From positions 23,276,119 to 23,308,908 of the forward strand of contig NC_068992.1 of assembly GCF_001194135.2 (NCBI RefSeq): DNA of 32,790 nt, given 5' to 3'. The DNA is from Octopus bimaculoides. Taxonomy: Eukaryota. The notes beneath the pieces are model-generated. The model searched no databases. It was not told where the DNA came from and saw nothing but the letters and a program-made list of their open reading frames with translations. Below, in pieces: positions 1-11,453 of the stretch. Position 1 is the first letter of the stretch. Each line of letters starts with the position of its first letter. Position numbers and translations under genes: made by a program.

Positions 1-48
<48 letters not shown>

Positions 49-133
49 TGTGTGTATGTGTGTGTATCTATATCTATATCTATACATTTGTCTATATTTA
101 TCTATCGATACCTATCTATATATATATATGTAT
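1..133. repeat. (TG)n grading into (TA)/(TCTA) compound microsatellite
   Basis: Directly visible tandem dinucleotides. The 6..218 ORF is its translation artefact. Confidence 0.97.
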
Positions 134-3100
134 GTGTTTGTGTGTAAGAGGTGTTGTGTGTAGTATTTGTTTCTTAAGAAACTCTACAACAGCGAATCTC
201 GAGTGGATAGGAAAGTGATTACCTAAACCGTTTCCTAACCGAAATTTTCTCTTCTTGTTATGGGTTTCAAAATTCCTCCGATGATCTATTTGTTCTCTTG
301 TATCTTCGCTTATCCCGGCGTACTTTTTTTATTTTACTGATAAGACAATAGATGATTGCTAATCCTGCCCTTGTATGAATCAGTTATTCCCTTATATGAT
401 TCATCGAAGATATATACGGGTAAAGGACGAAAATCCATTTTATACCTCCAAACAATATGGTCATATTATTCATTAAGGACGGTTTGGGATGTAAACTGTG
501 CGTATAAATACGGTGTTACGCACATTCTGGCATTCCGAAGTTGGTTTCAACGTCCTTCTGATATCTTCTTTAAAGACCTTGATACCAAGATATTTACGTC
601 GCATTCTTCCCGCTGGAAATTATTGATGTCGAACAGCGGAATCACTGACCCGACATAAAATGGATCTCGGTCAAACACCGTCATAGCATACGCGCAGAAC
701 AAATGGCTTGCTAGTTTAAGGAAGCTACCATTATACATTCAGTTACATATAAACATATATATTTATGTACATACACACATACATTTCCTCATACGCACTC
801 AGTTAAATAGAACTATGTAAACATATGTGCATACAATGGCAGCGAGTGTGTTTAGACATGATTAGTATATTTATATACGCTTGGCTATAATTTTCACTGG
901 ATGTTTATCTAAGTTTGCAGAAAACGGCATTTTAAATATGTTAGACTATGAATCCAACCACCGACCAGATAGCAAGTTCATTGCTGTCCATGTTCAGTAT
1001 TTCATGGAACATGTGAAGCCATAAAAAAGAAATTTAAAATGATATAAATGGAAAGTTATAACTGTGTTTTGACAAACATAAAACAAAAACTGCCGAATAA
1101 AATCACAAATAACGATAATAATCTTCTGTCAACAGCAGCAAAAGACAAACAGATCTTGTGATAATGTTGACAGTGAAAATAAAAACAAAAGAAAAAACAA
1201 AAACAAGGCAACAAGTCTCGAAAACGAATGCCCCAGCTTTCTCACGTGACGATATCATTCAAACCGGAAAAATCTAGAGATTTGCACACCTACTGATTTA
1301 AACAAGAGAATTGTATTAAACATATCACAACAAAAGCTTGTGTAGGCCTGCCGCTAATGCCCGACAGTGTTTGCCTTTCATCAACTGCAGAAGTCCTAAT
1401 AGAGGTCCGAGTGTGTTGTCTAATATTGCGGACTAGAAGATAATATCAACCGATTTATCAAAGTAAGCGCGTAGTGGTACACTAGCTCACGGGTTTGGAA
1501 AGAAACCTCCCCATAGATATAAGTACTGGCGTCGGCACATTACTGTTGCAATGTTGACATCATGAAACAGATACATTTGATTGCTGAGATGACTCAGAGA
1601 AAAATACGGTCTAATAGATTTCGCACGGAACTCAAGGACTTTTTAGCAGGACAGGGTTCTCACAGCAGTCTTTGTCATAGCAAAGGTCATTCGTGTTGCA
1701 AGTGCACGCTAGTAGGCCCCCAAATCTCTGCGACTGGTAAGTAAGTCGTCTTAAATGTCTCTCGCGCAGAGAATCCAGAAGGTAAAGGGAAATAGAAAGT
1801 AGCAGATGCAGCGAGAGATAACAGGTCTTTGGGAGATGAAAATTATTGCTTCTGTTATTGCTCTCCCCAGAGCACCACCCATCGCATCAACAATCATAGC
1901 CAGTGCTCGGTCAAACAAAATCTAAGTAAGCTCTAATCGCATGATAGTGTACGAAAAACACATATTTGAATGATGAAGGCTCGGAAAAGTATTAGTAAAT
2001 AGTAGGTGAGTTCAAAATATGCAGAAATATATAAAATTCTCCGGAATTCAATACATGATGTTTTCTGTGAGATCTAGAGAGATATCACCGAAAGGATTTC
2101 GTAAATTTCCCCCAAATAATCTGATATAACATGCGTGTATTCCAATCTTCCTGGATATTATCTTTCATATTTTTATATCCTCATATAACATTCCCATTGC
2201 AATTACTTAAGTAACTTTTTTTCTAGAAGTTGAAATAAGCGACGGCAGAGATAATGGATCTTAATGCTCGTGTTACAGCCACTTTTATTGAAATTGGAGA
2301 AAAGTTACTTTACTAACGTATAATAGTCAATTCCATAATGGGTATCAATTAAGAATTCAACAAATAGAAGAAATGGTGTTTAAGAATAGTGTTGCCCATT
2401 GGCTCTATGAAATGTGTATCTTTACTGAGATCTATTATCTGGAGAACATCAAAAGTTCTTGCTTTATGTTTCCCGTACCTCGTGCAACAAATTTATTGCA
2501 TAATAAACCAAAGCAGTCACGTGTTTTACATGTTGCCGTTCAACTTCCATGATGAAATAGACGGATCTCGTATTATGCGCTTAGTTTAACAATATTATAA
2601 CATATATTATTAGTATTAATATGCTTATTCTATATCAAAAGTGTTAATCATAAATGAGAGTTGATGCGGAAAAATTTGATTTAGCACAACGTATCCTCAA
2701 ATATAAGAAGTCTCTAAGAAAATAAAATGTATGTTGCAACCGTGGACCAAAATTCATTGTTGCAATTGAATATTTAATAACGGTGTATGGAATCAGAGAT
2801 CCAAATATAGTAAATTGTGACTTTAGAAGACAACAATGAAATTCTGTCAGTGCTATTAATTCTACATTTCAATCTACCTTACAAACGTCCAAGTTTTCAA
2901 CGGCATCTTGATTACTTACCTCGCATGTTCTACTTTGTATATGCAAATGTACGATAAATCTATCGGTTCACATTACAACCGGTATCAATTCATTTTAGCA
3001 TGGCATACATTTGGCATAAAAGAATATATCCTTCATGAACTGTTCTGTTTTGTTTTTTCAGAGTGCATTTAGTCTACTCTCAGTTCGTAAAGTAGAATCA

Positions 3101-3340
3101 TTTTAGAAGTATTTTCCAACTTGATTTACAGTTCTAAAATACTGTAGTGAAAATCTAATAGCAATGGGGCCTGATATCCTTCACTGCTGCAACATAACGT
3201 CAAGGGAATCATTAATGTGTCATCTTATACAAATTATCAACTACAGAGCTGTTCCTGTCCCTCTATCGTACTTTAGCCTGTTCCAATAGCATGAAGCCAT
3301 TTTCCTCATTACTGTATCAAATCACTTATGGGTCTATTAT

Positions 3341-3570
3341 TGACCTCACTAATGCCACTTCGAGGTCACAACTCTCACTATATTCTGTAAAGTGGTTGGA
3401 TTAGCAAGGGCATCCAGCCGTAGAAACCATGCCAAACGAGGCATTGAGGCTTGGGGCTGTACTGTGGAAACGTCCACACTATACCAGCATCGAACATGAA
3501 CATTGAATGATGATGAGGATAACGACGACGACGACGACGAAGACGACGACGACGAAGACGACGATGGTGA
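3341..3570 (+). mobile_element. 3' portion of a SINE/LINE-tail repeat ending in a (GAT)/(GAC)n tail
   Basis: CTGTAAAGTGGTTGG..AAGGGCATCCAGCCGTAGAAACCATGCCAAA and ..CCAGCAT..ACATTGAATGATGATGA match an abundant octopus retroposon 3' end as I recall it (not searched). It runs directly into a trinucleotide tail, as 3' ends mobilised by RTE-type LINEs do (inference). Confidence 0.6.
3506..3570. repeat. (GAT)/(GAC)/(GAA) trinucleotide tract
   Basis: Directly visible. Source of the poly-Asp and poly-Ser ORFs. Confidence 0.95.
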
Positions 3571-3753
3571 AATAGACATTGTTGAAACTAGATCAACTGC
3601 TTACAACAAACGTTGTGAGGTATATTTTTTTTTACTTCAGGTCCAGATTAAATATCATATAAAGCAATTGGATTTTGGAAAGACATCTGTTTGGCTACAC
3701 TTCCTTTATTTTTAGTAATGTATTATGCGGAACATCATATAGCTTTGATTTTC

Positions 3754-3881
3754 TATACATTTATACTCCAGGCACAAAGCCCGAAATTTGGGGGAGGGGC
3801 CAGTCGATTAGATCGACTCCAGTACGCAGCTGGTACTTAATATATCGACCCCGAGAGGATGAAAGGTAAAGTCGACCGCGG
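3754..3881 (-). mobile_element. 5'-truncated tRNA-derived SINE (family A here): central domain plus tail
   Basis: High similarity within the window to 3897-4020 and to the reverse complement of 15044-15160 (GGTCGACTTTACCTTTCATCCTCTCGGGGTCGATATATTAAGTACCAG on minus). Confidence 0.85.
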
Positions 3882-3896
3882 AAGAATAAAATATTC

Positions 3897-4108
3897 TTTT
3901 CTACTATAGGTGCAAGGCCTAAAATCTGGGAGAAGAGGATAGTCAATATCGTCGACCCCAGTGCGTAACTGGTACTTAATTTATCGACCCCGAAAGGATG
4001 AAAGACAAAGTCGACCTCGGCGGAATTTGAACTCAGAACGTAGCGACAGCCGAAATACTGCTAGGCATTTCGTCCGGCGTGCTAACGACTCTGCCAGCTC
4101 GCTGCTCT
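3897..4108 (-). mobile_element. Full-length tRNA-derived SINE (family A)
   Basis: Minus strand GCGAGCTGGCAGAGTCGTTAGC (A-box-like) ... GAGTTCAAATTCC (B-box-like), then a central domain and a tail ending GTAGAAAAGAATA. Collinear with the copy at 14944-15160. Confidence 0.9.
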
Positions 4109-4563
4109 GCTTTGATTTTCATATTACGTCTTCTAATTGTTCATACATGCGACATCAATGGTACTTTTGTTATTTGATGTGATACAACATTTAACAGGAT
4201 TTTTAAGATATCTTGTCCTCATAATTTAAACTTTGTAGAGATAGTCACCTTCTCATACAGTAATAATATATCATTTTTATAACTACCGTTTTAATATAAA
4301 TGTGTAATATTTGACATGCAAACGAGCAAGAATGTTTTATGATTTCATATATCGAGTAAATCTAAAAGGGGTGTCATTTCTCTTGAATAGCAAACATGAA
4401 ATTGTAGCATATTTCGAAGTAGAGAAGGTAGCACAAAGTTGAAAAAATATGCGTTGACGATTTGAGAAATATAGATAATGAATATCAGAATGTGTACCCA
4501 ATGCTAGATTCCAGTTATTCAATTTTTCAGGTAGTCATATATTGTCAAATTTCCGTCATTTTT

Positions 4564-4916
4564 TATTGTAGCTAACACCAGACTACACTTCTACGATTCG
4601 CATGAAGCCTATTGGAGTCATATTGTTGTAAGGGATTGTAATTCATTTCTAATTCATTTATCTATTTATCAGCTACTATGTCTAAGACTAGATGACTGTG
4701 TCTGTTATGAATAAAGGACAAGAGTGATAGCTCATGGTTACGTATGGTCATCAAATTTATAACCATAGTTCAAAATAGACACAGTCTTCTAGTCTTAGAT
4801 TTAGTAGTTGATAAAGATATAGATGAATTAGAAATGAATTACAATCCCTTACAATATTATGACCCCAATAAGTTTCATGCGATTCTTGGAAGTGTAGACT
4901 TTGCTTAGCTACAATA
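4564..4916. repeat. Long inverted repeat / foldback (MITE-like) element
   Basis: Arms 4566-4711 and 4769-4914 align ungapped in reverse complement at 124/146 by my count, with a 57-bp spacer. TA flanks both outer ends. Confidence 0.92.
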
Positions 4917-5156
4917 GCAACAACACGAATGTCTTCCATCTTGCTCTGTTAAGATATTTGAGAAAAATTATATTAATGTGTCCTATGTGTTAAAATTCTA
5001 TTTATTTATTTATGCAACTGAAGATAGCATTGCATTTAAATTGATGCATTTATTGCATTGTTCAGTTAAATGGAGCCGCTTGAAACGATTATACTGCATC
5101 ACTACTTGATATCTTGTTGCTTATTTTGATTATATCCATATATATATATATATATA

Positions 5157-6061
5157 NNNNNNNNNNNNNNNNNNNNNNNNNNNNNNNNNNNNNNNNNNNN
5201 NNNNNNNNNNNNNNNNNNNNNNNNNNNNNNNNNNNNNNNNNNNNNNNNNNNNNNNNNNNNNNNNNNNNNNNNNNNNNNNNNNNNNNNNNNNNNNNNNNNN
5301 NNNNNNNNNNNNNNNNNNNNNNNNNNNNNNNNNNNNNNNNNNNNNNNNNNNNNNNNNNNNNNNNNNNNNNNNNNNNNNNNNNNNNNNNNNNNNNNNNNNN
5401 NNNNNNNNNNNNNNNNNNNNNNNNNNNNNNNNNNNNNNNNNNNNNNNNNNNNNNNNNNNNNNNNNNNNNNNNNNNNNNNNNNNNNNNNNNNNNNNNNNNN
5501 NNNNNNNNNNNNNNNNNNNNNNNNNNNNNNNNNNNNNNNNNNNNNNNNNNNNNNNNNNNNNNNNNNNNNNNNNNNNNNNNNNNNNNNNNNNNNNNNNNNN
5601 NNNNNNNNNNNNNNNNNNNNNNNNNNNNNNNNNNNNNNNNNNNNNNNNNNNNNNNNNNNNNNNNNNNNNNNNNNNNNNNNNNNNNNNNNNNNNNNNNNNN
5701 NNNNNNNNNNNNNNNNNNNNNNNNNNNNNNNNNNNNNNNNNNNNNNNNNNNNNNNNNNNNNNNNNNNNNNNNNNNNNNNNNNNNNNNNNNNNNNNNNNNN
5801 NNNNNNNNNNNNNNNNNNNNNNNNNNNNNNNNNNNNNNNNNNNNNNNNNNNNNNNNNNNNNNNNNNNNNNNNNNNNNNNNNNNNNNNNNNNNNNNNNNNN
5901 NNNNNNNNNNNNNNNNNNNNNNNNNNNNNNNNNNNNNNNNNNNNNNNNNNNNNNNNNNNNNNNNNNNNNNNNNNNNNNNNNNNNNNNNNNNNNNNNNNNN
6001 NNNNNNNNNNNNNNNNNNNNNNNNNNNNNNNNNNNNNNNNNNNNNNNNNNNNNNNNNNNNN
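5157..6061. other. Assembly gap (N run)
   Basis: N bases, preceded by a (TA)n run. The four long X-filled ORFs here are artefacts. Confidence 0.99.
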
Positions 6062-6098
6062 CATGAGACATCATGTTGTACTTCATCACATCTTAAGA

Positions 6099-6479
6099 TC
6101 ATTTATACCAACGAAACGTACTTCTTATGATATGCGTACATTTCAGAGCATTATCTTTTACTTTATTGATCAATTTATCCTTAGAGAAGAGTATGTGGTA
6201 TAGTTCTACTGTACAGAGCGAACAATACTTTCTTCCTCTCTCATATGGCATTGATCTAGCTATTATAGACCATTCTAATGAATACTGTTTATTACTTTCC
6301 TTAAGATCCTAGATGTATTTGCTAAGACTAGTGCTAGCCATTTTCTTCCTATCTCTAAAGCACGAGAAATGGTTAGAAATTCTACGGCATACCTGTCCTG
6401 AAGTGCACCCCAAGTATGTCATGGTACCTGTTTGTGTCTTTACTTTGCATTGATATATTATATTGATGCAACACCAGTA
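6099..6479 (-). mobile_element. Penelope-like retroelement relic: C-terminal GIY-YIG endonuclease (pseudogenised)
   Basis: Frame 6479->6099 reads YWCCINIIYQCKVKTQTGTMTYLGCTSGQVCRRISNHFSCFRDRKKMASTSLSKYI*DLKESNKQYSLEWSIIARSMPYERGRKYCSLCTVELYHILFSKDKLINKVKDNALKCTHIIRSTFRWYK*. It has IIY..YLG.T (GIY-YIG), RxxxH, STxLSKYI(W), CxxCxxE and a terminal CxH, as in PLE endonucleases. One internal TAG lies at 6309-6311. Confidence 0.82.
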
Positions 6480-9400
6480 TCATTAACTTTTCGAAGGACA
6501 TTCTCAGGTAGCTGGCTTTTGAAGGAGTTTGATATTGTTCCCTTTTTGATGGAAAATTTCTTGCTGTCATGTAGGTTCTTATATCATCTTGGACTGGAGA
6601 GGGCAAGTGTTCATGAAAATATATGCCCCATCTCCAAGTAAGTCGCTTATTTGTTTTCAGCACGTTGCTACATCGTATGTACTTTTGAATCCGAAGGTGT
6701 TGCATTAACTAATCCTTATTCTCGTGCACATGCATATATTTTGGGGCTAGTATAACTCACGATACCAAATTTTTGTGCCAGCCTCTCTAGCATATATATC
6801 ACTACATATATCACTCGCCTTCGCCCTTGGGACCAAAGACGCAATCAGTCTCTTACCGTAGCTCAACTATTTCGTCGTGGATGACCACAAAACAGTCTTG
6901 GATTCCACTATTAATTTGACACTGTCTGTATCCCTATTTGAAAACAGTAGGCCAGAGGGATGATGATAAATCTCCAGTATACCAATTCACATGTAAAATG
7001 AAGGATTTTAAAACTGATTTCCGATATAGGCATAGGGCTACACAATTTGGAGGAATATTTTAGACGACTAATTTGACCCAAATTCTTGACAGATATTAAT
7101 TTTATCGATGAAATGACGCGAGTAAAATATATGTCCAGCTCAGCTAGAATTGAAACGAGAAAGCGGATTGTTGCAACTAAATGTTATAAACCATTACGTT
7201 AGATTTACGATTCTGCCGAATCTCTGTTCTACATAGAAGAAATGCTATAATAGATCAGAATAAACCGCGATGAGATTATAGAGAAACCGTATATTATTGG
7301 AGAGTATTAATTTCCTACAACTACGTTTGGTTACCAAATATTAGTGTAAGATGAATTTATTGTTCTTACATTTAACTGCCCTAAATATAATGAGTACCCT
7401 TAATATAGTGGGGAAGATGGAACGAGTCGATTAAAATACTGCTTGACTGCAAATATTAGACTTGCACCTTGTTAAATCTAAAATCAATAATACTATATTA
7501 AATATGATGGAAGGAATAGTAAAGGAGGAAGGAAAATTTGTTAATATAAACTTCATTACTTTCAATTTCAAGAAAGGCTGATGGTAATAAGTTGAATACC
7601 AGTAATGTTCTATGATAGATTAATCATATAACAAAAGATGATTATGAGAGGATAATAATTTAATATAAGTTGTTATCCAGAGGCTAGTTAACGTTAAATA
7701 TCACTTGATATCTAGAGCGTTACTCACATCAACTATCACTTGAATTTATTGAATCGTTATCGATTATTGCAGAGCCTTGTAACAATATCGATTTCCTAAA
7801 CATCCTTACGTTTTGTTCCTCGAGATATACGTAACTGGTTCTCTGATGTAGTTACAGTCGTAAGAAACATTAGATCAATCCAAAGATTATTTACACATTG
7901 ACCTCATCATAGTCCTTAGGCCAATTTCAACTACTATCAGACGTTTCCTGTTTTTCCACTAACAGTTGAATAAGATTACATTTAATGTATTGTATATGAT
8001 TATTATTTTTACTTTTTGCTGCGCTTGCTATATCAATTTTACTTCCAGAATATGTAAGACAGGCAAGCAAAATCTAAAGCCTCATACTTCGATCAAAACA
8101 TGATATTACTTGAAATTAATAGGCGAATATTATAGTTAGCAATGAAAATGTGTTATTCTGAATAATCGACGCGATATCAAATATATCTGAATATGCCGAG
8201 AAAATTCCGTATTGGAAATAAAATAAAAAAAAACAGAAACAAGCCAATGATAAAATAAGTATCAGATTTATAGTAATAGTATACATCTCCATAATTTGTG
8301 CGTAAAAGAAAATCGTTTCCCATGTATTTAGCTCTATGTTATTATATCTTGAAATTTCAGTGATATATTTTTTGTTGTGTAAGTATATACATCTATCAAA
8401 CAATCGGCGAAATTACAATAGATTCATCATACTGAATGCCAGAGTGTAATATCATGCGAAATAAAGAAATCTTAATATTTAAGATACATTTTTCTGGTTG
8501 CTTATGTTTCGTTTACACTTAGGTTTTGTCTCACTTATGTTGATATATATCATATCTATTCATAGGTGAATATATATTAAATGAATTCTACTTTCGTTAT
8601 AGAATTCTCTTAAAAGTTATCATCATGTTATAGAGCACCATATGAAAATGAGCGCCAGAAATTTACTGAAATATGTCGATGTGTTTGATAAAAACTGATA
8701 GTAGATTGTGATATTGGCCACTGTAGCTTAAGTAATCTGGGTATTTTTATTGATTGGCCCAATGGAAGTAAATTTCTCACAAGCGTATACATTGTAATCA
8801 ATTCGGTTTCCCTTTTCCTTACGCAACTGCAAATCACTAGCTGCAAGAAGAATGACTGCGGAGATCGGATTGAAGAAGGAGACGAAGCTATTGCTGTTGT
8901 GCCTAATGTGGGGCTTGGGACGGAGAAGAATATATTCGTGATAAGTGGAGGAGAGATGTGCGCAATTTCGTCATTTGGGGGTACGCCTAAGTTTTGTAGA
9001 AACATTAGAGTTGCAGAAGGTTAAAGTGTACTCTGGTTCTAAAAAGAACCAGCTTGCTGAAGAAATCGTTCTTGTTTTAGTGACGCTATTTAGAAAAACA
9101 GCAAAACCAAACAGGTCTCTTTTCAAGGACAAGATCTTAGAAATTCGTCAGGTAATTCCAATTTATCTTCCTCTTTTAGCCTTAGATTTGTCCTTATGGC
9201 AATTATTTCCTTAATTCAATACGATAAAATGTGCGCATTGTTTTAAATTTATAAACTGTATAACATTTATCTCTCTGTTAAAAAGAATAAGGTCAGAAAG
9301 TATATCACTAGTAAGTGCATGTACATAATATTATCTTATATTTTTTATCTCCGAAATCAAGTGATAATCCCTATACGGAACATTTAACGTATCAATTCCA

Positions 9401-10496
9401 TCGTCGTTTGCATTTATATATACATATTTTTATAGTTCGTATACATGCTATTAATCTTTTGCTTATAGAGAGGTGTTGAGTTCGAAACATTGACTTTTAG
9501 TTTATAATATCTTATGTTCACTACTATTAAAACTGTATTAAACGCACTAAAACATCTGCAAAAAGCGATTCAATTTCGATTAACAAATTCCTACGCAATT
9601 TATCATAACTTTATTGTGCTTTCATGGCAGAAAGATGTTTAATAACAAATGAACTGCTTTACAGAAACTCTGCTAAAACTTCCTTTTAAATCAGAACGCA
9701 TTACGACGTGGAAAAAATCAAATTCATTTCCCATGAGTGACGGTGGATTGTGGCGTTACTCACTGCTTAGAAAATGTAAATGCATTAAGCAGCTACGATG
9801 ACAAGTAGGCTACCTCATGACATTAAAAGAAATTCAGTTGATAATAGGGTAAATTCTGTGTTTAAGTTTGTTTTGCAGGAGATTAGGAATGTTGAAAGCT
9901 AAACTCAGACATATTAATTCACTGCAGATAACTTAGCCTCGTACTTTGGAAAGCTCTTGAGCTTTGATATAAGATAAATACAAGAAAGGAATGTTAAACA
10001 TGAAGGTTACACATGAAAAATAATGTATTGGAATGTCATGTTTATCCAAGAATTGCAAGTATTAGAACCGAATATTAGAAAATCTAATATTCTACGAGAA
10101 CATTTTTCACTCTATGTTGACTGTTTATCGTGGATTTAATTCTCATTCAAATTTACAACGTTGTTTCTTCTCGGAAAAGATGTGTAGGTGAAATAAATAT
10201 GATTATTTATCTTGCTTATGCAGACAGCCACCTCATATAAAGCATATGCAGATGTTGTCGATAGAATCAAATACAATATATTACTGTTTGTATATGAAAG
10301 ACTGATATATGCATAATAAAAAGCAAAATCGACCCTTGCATTATTGGAAAGTAGTAAACAATCGACAATGTATTGAGCAAATGTAATGGCTACTCCTTTA
10401 CGAAAGTACTGGGCAGTGCCTTCGTAGCGATCGTTCGCATAAATCCAGGATGAACGACTGCAAAAGCAATACTTACAAAAGCAGCTGCAGTAGAAG

Positions 10497-10510
10497 TATT
10501 ATTATTATTA

Positions 10511-10606
<96 letters not shown>
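10497..10606. repeat. (ATT)n(AGT)n compound microsatellite
   Basis: Directly visible. It lies at the 3' end of the minus-strand SINE at 10624-10787. Confidence 0.97.
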
Positions 10607-10623
10607 ATGCTGGTGCTGATAGT

Positions 10624-10787
10624 GGTTTCAGATTTTGGTGCAAGGCTAGGAAGATGTAAGACGATTACATCACAACAGCGCTCAAAAGGACGAAAGGTCG
10701 ACTGCGATAGTATATGAACTTAGAACGTAAAAACAGATGAAATGCGACTAAGGATTTCGTCCGGAATGCTAACGATTCTGCTAGCTC
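10624..10787 (-). mobile_element. Degenerate, internally deleted family A SINE
   Basis: TTTCGTCCGGAATGCTAACGATTCTGCTAGCTC and TGAACTTAGAACGTA match 4028-4100. GGTGCAAGGC matches the tail at about 3909. Confidence 0.7.
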
Positions 10788-10907
10788 ACAGAATTATTAT
10801 TATTAATATTATTATCATTATTATTATAATTATTATATAACTGTTCAATATTTGGTAGATTGAGGCAAATTTTTGCTGCATTACCTGCTACAGCTCCGTG
10901 TAATATC

Positions 10908-11453
10908 ATTATTATTATTAAGAAGTTTTATTTTTATCACGTGCTTTCACTGCACTACCTAGAGCAGCTCTCTATGTCTTCGGTATGTGCTCTGGTTTAT
11001 TGTGGTGCTCTTATTTTCACTGTATTGAAAGTGTTTTACGTAGGATGTGTGCGGTGCCTAGTAGTGCTATTTTCTCTATGCTATATATACTTGTAAGTTC
11101 TGGTGTTTTGTCTGAATATTTTTTATCATGCCTAATGCATCTACTATGATAGGAATTGTTTCCGTTTTTAGGATCCACGTTCGAGCTTCCTCTTTCTCCA
11201 GACCTTTGTATTTTGAACGTTGTCGTCTCCTGGGTATTGGTACATCGATTAGAAAGCATCTTTTTCTCGGAATCTCTTACAACTATATCCGGCCTTAATT
11301 CGGCTATCTGTATGCATTGGAATATCCCAGAGTATTGCAGCTTTATCATTTTCTATGACATTATCTGGAATGCCTATGCAATCTTTTTTCTGCTGTTATT
11401 CCATAGTGTTGGCACAGATTCCAGTGTATATAGGTCCCAATTATGTCATGTCT
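10908..11453 (-). mobile_element. R4/Dong-clade non-LTR retrotransposon, 5'-truncated 3' fragment (RLE endonuclease, 3' UTR, (TAA)n tail)
   Basis: Frameshifted minus-strand translation: RHDIIGTYIHWNLCQHYGIT..ENDKAAILWDIPMHTD..RPDIVVRD..CFLIDVPIP..SKYKGLE..TIPIIVDALGMIK..IEKIALLGTAHILRKTLSIQ* (stop 11017-11019). This is the restriction-like PD-(D/E)xK endonuclease end typical of R4-clade ORFs. The UTR ends in TAA repeats. Confidence 0.9.

Noticed and set aside
300-740. ORFs 356..658 and 547..738, and a minus-frame SYKGITDSYKGRISNH resembling a GIY-YIG segment
   Set aside because: No recognisable family. The repeated SYKG comes from a local 21-bp duplication, and downstream PLE motifs are absent.
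1460-1545. Possible ancient SINE head (GCGCGTAGTGGTA) and core-like GATATAAGTACTGG
   Set aside because: Too short and degenerate, with no B-box.
666-1917. Short shared k-mers and hairpins (CTCGGTCAAACA at 666/1906, an 8-bp hairpin at 9033-9052, single TTAGGG hits)
   Set aside because: Expected by chance at this window size. There are no telomeric arrays.
2293-2551. About 85-codon open plus frame (..MVFKNSVAHWLYEMCIFTE..)
   Set aside because: Within chance expectation for 33 kb in six frames. No motif or splice support.
2914-2922. Perfect minus-strand donor GAG|GTAAGT
   Set aside because: No convincing upstream acceptor or coding frame.
3897-4108. tRNA gene call for the SINE heads
   Set aside because: A/B-box-like motifs only, with no cloverleaf. 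They are fused to repeated core and tail sequence, so they are SINEs.
6382-6705. 107-aa tracked ORF
   Set aside because: Off-frame shadow of the PLE relic. The motif-bearing frame is a different one.
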